Source of the DNA: an uncultured bacterium
GTDB taxonomy: Bacteria; Omnitrophota; Omnitrophia; Omnitrophales; Danuiimicrobiaceae
NCBI GenBank assembly: GCA_964373885.1
Contig: CAYJWM010000003.1
Coordinates: 1 to 62,860, forward strand
Direction: 5' to 3'
Length of the DNA: 62,860 nucleotides
Under the pieces are notes generated by a model. The model was not told the origin of the DNA and searched no databases. It was given only the letters and a program-made list of their open reading frames with translations. This document shows, one piece after another, positions 25,752 to 33,494 of the stretch. Within the stretch, counting starts at the first letter, position 1; the number at the start of each line of letters is the position of its first letter. A program made the position numbers and the translations under genes.

Positions 25752-28073
25752 ATGAAAGCCAAAAAACTTAAAGAAGAACGCATCAACGAAGCGATCGGAA
25801 TCCTTTTTCTTTTGGTCGGGATTTACACCTTTGTCGCGCTTTTGTTTTACCATCCGAACGATTCTGCCTTTTACACCTCTTACCCCAATAAGCCCTTTCG
25901 CAATGTGACGGGCGTGATTGGGGCCCAATGGTCTTATCTGCTCCATTTTTCGCTCGGTTGGAGCTCGTACAGCATCCCCGTACTGTTTTTATTTTGGGCC
26001 AGCTGCTTTTTTCTCCAAAAAGTCCCCTCCAAAAAATGGGTGGAATTTGCCGGCATCGGGATTGCCATCGCGGCATGTGCCACCTTGTTCAGTCTTTTCG
26101 TTCAGGAATCCTGGAAAGTTTCTGCGGGCGGGGTGGTGGGCTATTTTGCCGCTTCGAATTTGACGAAGTATTTCGGGATAGCGGGCGCGTTTTTTATCTC
26201 CATTTCGTGTCTCGGGATCGCGCTCCTGGTAGCCACTGACTTTTTGATTTATCCGTGGCTGGAACGTTTATGGAAATGGGGGGCGGAATCCGCCGAGAAG
26301 GCAAATTTTAGTTGGAATGCGAAAAAGACGTTTGTGAAACTGCCGAAACCGCTTGTGAAAAATCAGCTCAAGGAAAAACTCGCGGCATCGGACGGCCCCA
26401 AGGTCAAGAAATACAAAGAAGAACCCTCACCGGTCCCGGCTTCATCGCGGCTTGAGGCCAAAGATTTGGAAGCGGAAGCGTCGTTATTGAAACAGATTTC
26501 GGCGCGGATTCCAGCCATTAAAAAAGCGCAACCTGCCATCGAGGAGAAAAAAGAAATAAAAAAACAGCCGGTTGAGGAAATTTCAATTTCCGTGCCGGCA
26601 AATGAACTGGCCGCGAATTACCGCCTGCCGGACATTGATTTGCTGACGGTCCCGCAGGGCAAGAGAGCGGCCATTCAGGACGATTTGCAAGGCAATGCGC
26701 GTATTTTGGAGGAAACGCTCAGGGATTTCGGCATTGAAGTGAAAGTGACGGAAATCGAACAAGGTCCTGTAATCACCCGTTATGAAGTTCTTCCGGCCCC
26801 GGGCGTTAAAGTAAATCGAATCGTGAGTCTGGGGGACGACCTTGCGCTCGCCTTAAAGTCGACCAGCGTTCATTTTCTCGCCCCCATTCCGGGGAAAGCC
26901 GCGGTCGGGATCGAAATCCCGAACTCAAGCACGGCCACGGTTTATTTAAAAGAAGTGCTCGATTCCCGCGAATTTCGCGAAAAAAAGTACGAGCTGCCGC
27001 TTCTTTTAGGCAAAGACACGAGCGGGAAACCCCTCATTGCCGATTTGACCGAAATGCCGCATTTATTAATTGCCGGTGCCACCGGAAGCGGAAAAACCGT
27101 CTGCGTCAATTCGCTGATCGCGGGCCTTATTTTCAACAAATTGCCGACGGAACTGAAGTTCGTCATGGTAGACCCCAAAATGGTGGAAATGGCCGTGTAT
27201 AAGGACGTTCCGCACATGCTGGCGCCCGTGGTGACGGAGGTCAGGAAAGCGGGTGCGACGCTCAACTGGCTTGTGGCCGAAATGGAGAAGCGCTACAAAA
27301 TATTCGCCACCTGCGGTACGCGGAATATTCAGGCATTTAATCAACGGCCCGCCAAAGAGATCAAAGAAACTTCAGACGGAATACCGGTTCCGGGTTATCT
27401 GCCGTATATCGTATTAATCATTGACGAACTCGCCGATTTAATGGCGGTGGCCCAGGACAAGGTAGAGTCCGCCATTACGCGCCTGGCGCAGCTTTCGCGC
27501 GCGGTGGGAATTCATTTGATTCTGGCCACCCAGCGGCCGTCGGTGGATGTGATTACGGGCGTTATCAAAGCCAATTTTCCCGCCCGGATTTCGTTCAAAG
27601 TAGCTTCCAAGGTGGATTCCAGGACCGTGCTGGACGCGAACGGAGCGGACAAGCTTCTGGGAAAAGGAGACATGCTGTTTTTGAAACCGGGGGAGTCAAA
27701 ACCCATTCGCGGGCAGTCCACCTTTATTTCCGACGAGGAGATCAGTAAAGCCGTTCACTTCATTAAAGCCCAGCAGGGGCCGCAGTATCTTTCAGAGCTT
27801 GAGGCCATTCACAAAGGCGGCGCTTCCGTTCACGTGGCGGACAAGGATGAGCTTTATGATGAAGCGGTGCGGGTGGTTTTGGAAACGCGCCAGGCCTCCG
27901 TCTCGGTGCTTCAGCGCAAATTGCGTTTGGGTTATGGCCGCGCCGCGCGCATTATTGATATGATGGAACAGGAAGGGGTGGTGGGGCCTTTTCAGGGAGC
28001 CAAACCGCGCGAAATCCTGGTCGACAAAATCGAACCCGTTGCCGAATCCTCCGCTCAAGAATCTTCCGCGTAA
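25752..28073 (+). CDS. ftsK: DNA translocase FtsK
   Basis: 773 aa with N-terminal TM helices, a linker, a motor domain with Walker A GATGSGKT, and a C-terminal gamma winged-helix (VSVLQRKLRLGYGRAARIIDMME). Confidence 0.94.
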   Translation: MKAKKLKEERINEAIGILFLLVGIYTFVALLFYHPNDSAFYTSYPNKPFRNVTGVIGAQWSYLLHFSLGWSSYSIPVLFLFWASCFFLQKVPSKKWVEFAGIGIAIAACATLFSLFVQESWKVSAGGVVGYFAASNLTKYFGIAGAFFISISCLGIALLVATDFLIYPWLERLWKWGAESAEKANFSWNAKKTFVKLPKPLVKNQLKEKLAASDGPKVKKYKEEPSPVPASSRLEAKDLEAEASLLKQISARIPAIKKAQPAIEEKKEIKKQPVEEISISVPANELAANYRLPDIDLLTVPQGKRAAIQDDLQGNARILEETLRDFGIEVKVTEIEQGPVITRYEVLPAPGVKVNRIVSLGDDLALALKSTSVHFLAPIPGKAAVGIEIPNSSTATVYLKEVLDSREFREKKYELPLLLGKDTSGKPLIADLTEMPHLLIAGATGSGKTVCVNSLIAGLIFNKLPTELKFVMVDPKMVEMAVYKDVPHMLAPVVTEVRKAGATLNWLVAEMEKRYKIFATCGTRNIQAFNQRPAKEIKETSDGIPVPGYLPYIVLIIDELADLMAVAQDKVESAITRLAQLSRAVGIHLILATQRPSVDVITGVIKANFPARISFKVASKVDSRTVLDANGADKLLGKGDMLFLKPGESKPIRGQSTFISDEEISKAVHFIKAQQGPQYLSELEAIHKGGASVHVADKDELYDEAVRVVLETRQASVSVLQRKLRLGYGRAARIIDMMEQEGVVGPFQGAKPREILVDKIEPVAESSAQESSA

Positions 28074-28100
28074 AGTTCACAAAAAGTGAAAATGATTACA

Positions 28101-28249
28101 GCGGCGGGAATTTGCCGCAGGGCACCGGCGGTTTATTCGCTCCAGCGGCGAATAACCGCCTGTGCTCTCGCCATTCGAACTCGCCAAAAAACGGCGAGAC
28201 CAAGCTTCGAATGGCTCCGAGAACTACCCTGCGACGAAATTCCCGCCGC
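28101..28249 (+). repeat. about 149-nt multi-hairpin structured element, copy A (possible ncRNA or REP/MITE-like element)
   Basis: The outer stem GCGGCGGGAATTT...AAATTCCCGCCGC encloses two parts. The first is a hairpin, GGCGGTTTATTCGC-tccagcg-GCGAATAACCGCC. The second is a nested hairpin, GCCATTCGAA(CTCGCC-aaaaaac-GGCGAG)...TTCGAATGGC. Homologous in architecture to 32723-32871. Confidence 0.7.
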
Positions 28250-28338
28250 CAATAGTGATTAAAGCAGGGTAGGCAAAAACCTTTTCCCGAAGCGAATAGC
28301 GAATCTTTGTCGACTGCTTCGGAACGTTTCGTTAAATC

Positions 28339-28453
28339 GCAGCGAAGCAGTCGTCGTAGACGGCAAGGGAGCGGCCGAATCCTAAATGGTTCGGCCGAGG
28401 GCTCCCGCGATTTACGAAATCATTCCGAGGAGACAAAATTCGCGTTAGCGAGG
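28339..28453 (+). repeat. D-module repeat, copy 1 (GCAGCGAAGCAGTCGTC ... GCCGAGGGCTCCCGCGATTTA ... AGCGAGG)
   Basis: Shares a 28-nt block (3 mismatches), an identical 21-mer (28394-28414 equals 53182-53202) and the terminal AGCGAGG with 53153-53243. Carries an extra 26-nt hairpin. Confidence 0.65.
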
Positions 28454-28542
28454 GGGAAAATAGTTGTGAAACCTATGAAGCCTATCTATGGGCGTTTGTT
28501 TCACGCCTGTGATATGATAAACGCTTCAAAGGAGCTTATCTG

Positions 28543-29946
28543 ATGACGCAAAAGGGAATTGAGACGGTTGAGCAAACCGGGAAACGGTTAGCGGTCGGCA
28601 TGCTTTCTTTAGGATGCCCGAAAACGCTGGTCGATAGTGAACTGATCTTGGGATTGCTCAATCCCGCGCGCTATGAGGTCGCTAAAGAAATCACCGATTG
28701 CGATATTGCGCTGCTGAATACCTGTTCGTTTATTGAAGAAGCGAAACAGGAATCAATTGATTACATTCTAAAACTGGCCGAACTCAAGAAGGAAGGCCGC
28801 ATTAAAGCGCTGGTCGTCCTCGGTTGTCTTGTTCAACGTTATGCCAAAGAGCTTGAGCGGGAACTGGGTGAGGTGGACGCCTTTATGGGGACGGGGGATT
28901 ATCAAGCGCTGAATACGGTATTGGATCAGGTGGTGGCCAAAAAGCGTATTTCCCATGTCGGTTCCGCGCCCGGCTTTCTTTACACTTCCGAAATCGGCCG
29001 TATTCCGCTGACCCCGCTTCACACCCGCTATATTAAAATTTCGGAAGGATGCGATCACAACTGCTCTTTTTGCACCATTCCGTCATTCCGCGGCCGCCAT
29101 CGTTCCCGGAATTTTTGGGACATTGTCGAAGAAGCCCGTCGTTTGGTGGATCAAGGGGCGCGGGAGCTGGTGCTTACGGGGCAGGACACGACTTATTACG
29201 GCCGCGACACGGAAAAAAAGTTCCTGCTTCCCCAACTGCTTTGGGAACTGAATAAAATCAAGCATTTGAAGTGGATACGGCTTTTGTATCTGTATCCTTC
29301 TTTTGTGAATGAACCGCTGATCGAGGCCATCGCAGGGCTTGAAAAGGTCTGTCATTATGTCGATATGCCGCTTCAGCATGTGAGTGATCCCATGCTGTCC
29401 GCCATGAAGCGCGGGATGACCAAGACCGGCACATATCAATTGATTGAGCAATTGCGCAAACGCATTTCCGATCTTTCCATCCGCACGACATTTATTGTCG
29501 GGTTTCCCGGAGAGGGGGAAGCGGAGTTTCAGGAGCTGCTTGAATTCATGAGCCGGGCGCGTTTCGACCGGCTCGGTATTTTTATGTACTCTCAGGAGGA
29601 TGGCTCCGCCGCCGCTTCCTTCTCCAACCAGATGCCTCAGCGGATCAAGGAAAAACGATTTCACGCGGCCATGGCCCTTCAGCAGAGCATTTCGGAGGAA
29701 AATAACAAACGTTTGATGGGCAGGACATTTTCGGTTTTAATCGAGGGGAGGGATGAGCAAAATCCATTGCTTTACCGCGGCCGCAGTTTCATGGATGCGC
29801 CTGAAGTGGACGGCCTTTGTTATGTGCGTATGCCGAAAAAGGGGGCGGTATTGAAACCGGGTGACTTTGTCCAGGCCGTGGTCACGGAAGCGAAAGCGTA
29901 TGACCTGATGACCCGATATCTTTGCACCGAAACCGACCCATCGTAA
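28543..29946 (+). CDS. rimO: ribosomal protein S12 methylthiotransferase RimO
   Basis: 467 aa. N-terminal MTTase domain (SLGCPKTLVDSE), radical-SAM CDHNCSFC and a C-terminal TRAM domain. Confidence 0.88.
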   Translation: MTQKGIETVEQTGKRLAVGMLSLGCPKTLVDSELILGLLNPARYEVAKEITDCDIALLNTCSFIEEAKQESIDYILKLAELKKEGRIKALVVLGCLVQRYAKELERELGEVDAFMGTGDYQALNTVLDQVVAKKRISHVGSAPGFLYTSEIGRIPLTPLHTRYIKISEGCDHNCSFCTIPSFRGRHRSRNFWDIVEEARRLVDQGARELVLTGQDTTYYGRDTEKKFLLPQLLWELNKIKHLKWIRLLYLYPSFVNEPLIEAIAGLEKVCHYVDMPLQHVSDPMLSAMKRGMTKTGTYQLIEQLRKRISDLSIRTTFIVGFPGEGEAEFQELLEFMSRARFDRLGIFMYSQEDGSAAASFSNQMPQRIKEKRFHAAMALQQSISEENNKRLMGRTFSVLIEGRDEQNPLLYRGRSFMDAPEVDGLCYVRMPKKGAVLKPGDFVQAVVTEAKAYDLMTRYLCTETDPS

Positions 29947-30494
29947 TGGTGACGCCCAATCAATTAACCGCTTTCCGTATTGTACTGGCCTTGCTCATTC
30001 CTGTTTTTATTCTCGAACGTTCGCTTGTCTCCGAGCTGGCCGCTTTGTTTGCTTTTATTACGGCCTGCGTCACGGACTGGTGGGACGGCCATATCGCCAG
30101 GCGGGATTCCATGATCACGCCCCTCGGGCAAATCATAGATCCGCTCGCCGACAAAATGCTGATACTCGGCGCCATGCTTTTTTTCGCTTGGATCGGGCTT
30201 TACGGATACGGCTGGATTTTTTTGATTGTGGCCCGTGAGCTCGGAGTGACCGCGACGCGGGTCGTGTTGCTGCAAAAGGGGAAGGTAATTCCCGCGGAGC
30301 AGGCCGGGAAAATTAAATTTGGGTTTCAAGTGGGCTCCATTTCGGCCACGTTTGTTTATCTGCTTCTTTTTGACCATTTCCAAGGGCCGTGGCTTCCGTG
30401 GTTCGGCGCCGTTCATTATCTCGGAATCATTTTGGCCAACGTGATTACGGTTTATTCGGGGCTTATTTTTTTCTATCAACTCGCGCGAAAATAA
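29946..30494 (+). CDS. pgsA: CDP-diacylglycerol--glycerol-3-phosphate 3-phosphatidyltransferase
   Basis: ATG at 29946 overlaps the rimO stop (TAATG). CDP-alcohol phosphatidyltransferase motif DWWDGHIARR...GQIIDPLADK. Confidence 0.88.
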   Translation: MVTPNQLTAFRIVLALLIPVFILERSLVSELAALFAFITACVTDWWDGHIARRDSMITPLGQIIDPLADKMLILGAMLFFAWIGLYGYGWIFLIVARELGVTATRVVLLQKGKVIPAEQAGKIKFGFQVGSISATFVYLLLFDHFQGPWLPWFGAVHYLGIILANVITVYSGLIFFYQLARK

Positions 30495-30504
30495 CAAGTA
30501 AGCG

Positions 30505-30957
30505 ATGCAAAACAAATGGGCTCATAGAATCGCCACGGTGGGGCATATCGGCTGTCTTCCGCGTGCTCCGGGAACCTGGGGGACGCTGAGCGCGCTTCCC
30601 GTCATTTTTTTGCTCCATTCGCGGCCGGGAGCGCTCGCCGCCGTTACGACTTTTATTTTTCTTTTGGGACTTTGGTCGAGCCGGGTGGTTTCAAACGATA
30701 CGAACCGGCCGGACCCGCAGCATGTCGTCATTGACGAAGTGTGCGGAATGCTGGTCAGTTTTTTGTGGATTCCGGCGACTTGGCAGAGGATTATGCTTGG
30801 ATTTCTCTTATTTCGCTTCTTCGACATTGTGAAACCGCCGCCCGCAAGGGCTTTGGAGCGCCTCCCCGGAGGGTTCGGGGTAATGCTGGATGATGTGATG
30901 GCCGGTATTTATGTGCAGATGTTATTGCGCTTAGGAATGATGTATGCCCACCTGTGA
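30505..30957 (+). CDS. pgpA: phosphatidylglycerophosphatase A
   Basis: 150 aa. VGHIGCLPRAPGTWGTL and FRFFDIVKPPP blocks are typical of PgpA. Confidence 0.88.
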   Translation: MQNKWAHRIATVGHIGCLPRAPGTWGTLSALPVIFLLHSRPGALAAVTTFIFLLGLWSSRVVSNDTNRPDPQHVVIDEVCGMLVSFLWIPATWQRIMLGFLLFRFFDIVKPPPARALERLPGGFGVMLDDVMAGIYVQMLLRLGMMYAHL

Positions 30958-32173
30958 AATTCTGACCATCGGTTCCGAGCTGGTCAGCGGAAAAACACTG
31001 AATACAAACGCCCATTTTTTATCCAAAGAAGTGAGCCAACTCAACATTGAAGTCACGCGTCATGCAAGCTGCAGGGATATTGAGCGGGATATTTTAGATG
31101 CGCTTCGTCAGGCCTACGCGCGCGCGGACCTTATTTTTGTGGTCGGGGGGCTCGGGCCCACACCGGATGATATCACCCGCGAAACCATCGCAAAATTTTT
31201 TCATTCCGGCCTCGCTTTTGATCGAAAACAATACGCCCGCATTGTCCGATATTTTAAGAAAAAGGGCGAAAAAATCCCTTTTATTACGAAACGGGAAGCT
31301 CATTTTCCTCAAGCGGCCACACCGCTCGTAAACCGCTTCGGCCTCGCTTTGGGGTTTTACGTTCGCCGATACGGAAAACTTTTAATTGCGCTTCCCGGAG
31401 TTCCCTCGGAGCTGGTTGGAATGTTTCAGACTTCCGTGGGTTCCTTGATCCGGCGAGTTTTTCCCGTCCGTGCTCCGGTCTACACTGTAGAGGCGCGGAT
31501 TGCCGGACTTTATGAAACCCAAATTATGGAAAAGCTTGGGTCTGGGTTTTTTAAAAACAGGGTGTTCGATTTCGGGATTTACCCGGAAATCGGGGAAGTG
31601 ACCATTCGGCTCAAAATGAAGGATAAAAAATTAGCAACTATTCTCCGGCGCGAACTTTGCCGCAAACTCGGGCGCTGGATTTATGGTTTTGGTTCCGAAC
31701 CGCTTCCCCAAATCGTAGGAGAAAAATTCACAAAGGCAAGAAAAACGCTCGCAGTGGCCGAAAGTTGCACCGGCGGTTTCCTCGCCAAGTGTTTAACCGA
31801 TTATGCAGGCGCTTCACGATATTTCCTGGGAGGTCTGGTGGCTTATTCCAATGAGGTGAAAAAGGTCGCGCTTGGAATTCCCAAAAAAATAATTCAGTCA
31901 GAGGGTGCGGTCTCCGGCGAAGTGGCTAAGCGCATGGCGGAAGAAATACGAAAACGAAACAAGGCATCCGTCGGCCTAAGCATTACGGGAATCGCGGGGC
32001 CTTCCGGCGGAAGTGCCCGAAAACCGATGGGCCTTGTGTTTGTTGCGCTTTCGGACCGCAAAAAAACAACTGCTTTTCAATTCCGTTTTTCAGGCAGCCG
32101 CGCGGGCGTCCGGCTTCATGCGGTTCAAAAAGCGTGCTGGCTTCTTTTGGAATGGCTCAAAAAGAACGGGTAA
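30944..32173 (+). CDS. cinA: CinA family protein (MoCF-like N-domain + nicotinamide-nucleotide amidohydrolase PncC domain)
   Basis: 409 aa. N-terminus EILTIGSELVSGKTLNTNAHFLS, C-terminal AESCTGG...ISITGIAGP. Confidence 0.88.
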   Translation: MPTCEILTIGSELVSGKTLNTNAHFLSKEVSQLNIEVTRHASCRDIERDILDALRQAYARADLIFVVGGLGPTPDDITRETIAKFFHSGLAFDRKQYARIVRYFKKKGEKIPFITKREAHFPQAATPLVNRFGLALGFYVRRYGKLLIALPGVPSELVGMFQTSVGSLIRRVFPVRAPVYTVEARIAGLYETQIMEKLGSGFFKNRVFDFGIYPEIGEVTIRLKMKDKKLATILRRELCRKLGRWIYGFGSEPLPQIVGEKFTKARKTLAVAESCTGGFLAKCLTDYAGASRYFLGGLVAYSNEVKKVALGIPKKIIQSEGAVSGEVAKRMAEEIRKRNKASVGLSITGIAGPSGGSARKPMGLVFVALSDRKKTTAFQFRFSGSRAGVRLHAVQKACWLLLEWLKKNG

Positions 32174-32724
32174 GAACGTTTCTGGCCATTGAATTGCAAG
32201 ACGCACTTAAGGAAGAAGCGTCTTTAGCGATGGAACCGATTCGTTCGAAAAATCCTCACTTTCGATTTATTCCTCCCCAAAATTGGCATTTAACCCTTCA
32301 TTTTTTTGGATCTCTTTCTCCGGAAACGCTTGAGGAAGTGAAAAAGAACTTGAAAGATGCCGTCCGCAAAGTAGTGCCTTTTTCAATTTGCTTAAAAGGT
32401 TTGGGCGTGTTTCCGTCGGAACGCGCTCCCCGCGTGCTTTGGATTGGCGTGGAAGGAGCCGGCGATCCGCTCGCGCGCTTAAAGGGGGAAATCGACGCCG
32501 CGGTCTTAAAAACAGGCCTTCCCGTCGAAGAAAGAAAGTTTCATCCCCATTTGACCGTCGCGCGGGTCCGGGAAGAGAGGAATCAAAAAGAAGTATTGTT
32601 TGATTCGTTTTCGTTTGCCGGCAAAATACGCCAAACGGTTGATCATCTCACTCTGTTTCGAAGCGAGTTGCTTCGCGGCGGAGCCAAATACACCGTTTTG
32701 GACACGATCCCGTTCAAATCTTAA
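32152..32724 (+). CDS. thpR: RNA 2',3'-cyclic phosphodiesterase (2H family, ThpR/LigT)
   Basis: Two HxT motifs (HLTLHFFG and HPHLTVAR). ATG at 32152 chosen inside an ORF open from 32134. Confidence 0.85.
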   Translation: MAQKERVRTFLAIELQDALKEEASLAMEPIRSKNPHFRFIPPQNWHLTLHFFGSLSPETLEEVKKNLKDAVRKVVPFSICLKGLGVFPSERAPRVLWIGVEGAGDPLARLKGEIDAAVLKTGLPVEERKFHPHLTVARVREERNQKEVLFDSFSFAGKIRQTVDHLTLFRSELLRGGAKYTVLDTIPFKS

Positions 32725-32871
32725 GAGGGGCGAGAACCGCCGTTCGGCATCGGCGGTTCGGCCGCTCCAGCGGCGGCCGACCGCCTGCGCTCTCGCCGTT
32801 CCGATCCGCCTTCGGCGGAACCGAGCTCGGAACGGCTGCGAGAGCTGCCTCACGTCAGTCCTCGCCCTCTT
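32723..32871 (+). repeat. about 149-nt multi-hairpin structured element, copy B
   Basis: The outer stem AAGAGGGGCGAG...CTCGCCCTCTT encloses two parts. The first is GGCGGTTCGGCCGC-tccagcg-GCGGCCGACCGCC. The second is GCCGTTCCGA(TCCGCC-ttc-GGCGGA)...TCGGAACGGC. Same architecture as 28101-28249 with compensatory stem changes. Starts inside the thpR stop codon. Confidence 0.7.
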
Positions 32872-32938
32872 TAACTGTTGGGGCTTTCTAAAGACTGAAA
32901 TAAACCCTGGAAATTATCGATTTTGAGGTCTCCTTAAC

Positions 32939-32967
32939 TTGCAGGTTATTTCCGGCCAAGTTATACT
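32939..32967 (+). promoter_or_regulatory. sigma70 promoter candidate for the pilus ATPase operon (TTGCAG-17 nt-TATACT)
   Basis: TTGCAG at 32939-32944, 17-nt spacer, TATACT at 32962-32967. Lies 60 nt upstream of the GTG start at 33027, which has a GAGGAG Shine-Dalgarno. Confidence 0.5.
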
Positions 32968-33026
32968 TTTACTGGGATTCCAAAACGTATTAACCTGTTG
33001 CCGGTCAATGATTTGAGGAGACGCCC

Positions 33027-33494
33027 GTGAAAAAACTCGGTGAAATTTTAATTGAGCAGGGAACGATTGTGCCCCGCCAGCTGGAGCAGGCGCTTGAACG
33101 GCAAAAACGGGAGCCGGGAAAGCTTTTAGGCAAGGTCATGATCGAAATGGGCCATGTGTCCGAAGAAGACATTGTGGTGGCGCTCGCCACGCAATTTAAT
33201 ATTCCGTATCTTCCCATCGCGAATTTTTCCGTGGATGAAAAGGTGAAGAAATTACTACCCCCCGAGTTAATCCGCAAACACCTCTGCGTTCCGCTTGACC
33301 GGATCGGAGATTTGTTTACGGTGGCGATCGCAGATCCGACGAATGAAGAAGCCATCCGCGAGATCGAACAGGCGACACACTGTAAAGTTCAAACATTTGT
33401 TGCGACTGTCTCCGAAATCACAAATGTGATTCAGCAATCGTTTGGCCTGACGGTTGACGGTTCGGCAAAGACCCAACCAACGTCAAACCCATGA
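33027..33494 (+). CDS. stand-alone T2SSE_N / MshEN-like domain protein (putative c-di-GMP receptor)
   Basis: 155 aa. Residues 3-56 form two tandem 24-residue units, KLGEILIEQGTIVPRQLEQALERQ and LLGKVMIEMGHVSEEDIVVALATQ. Both fit the MshEN consensus RLGxxLLxxGLLxxxxLxxxLxxQ. The remainder resembles the GspE/PilB N-terminal domain. Confidence 0.7.
   Translation: MKKLGEILIEQGTIVPRQLEQALERQKREPGKLLGKVMIEMGHVSEEDIVVALATQFNIPYLPIANFSVDEKVKKLLPPELIRKHLCVPLDRIGDLFTVAIADPTNEEAIREIEQATHCKVQTFVATVSEITNVIQQSFGLTVDGSAKTQPTSNP

Noticed and set aside
28307-28543. 78-aa ORF upstream of rimO. Similar ORFs at 52942-53370 (142 aa) and 32600-32926 (108 aa) share the peptide LNGS...AEGSRDL.
   Set aside because: They are read-throughs of the structured intergenic repeats (D modules and element B). 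They have no RBS, and the shared peptide simply reflects the shared DNA repeat.
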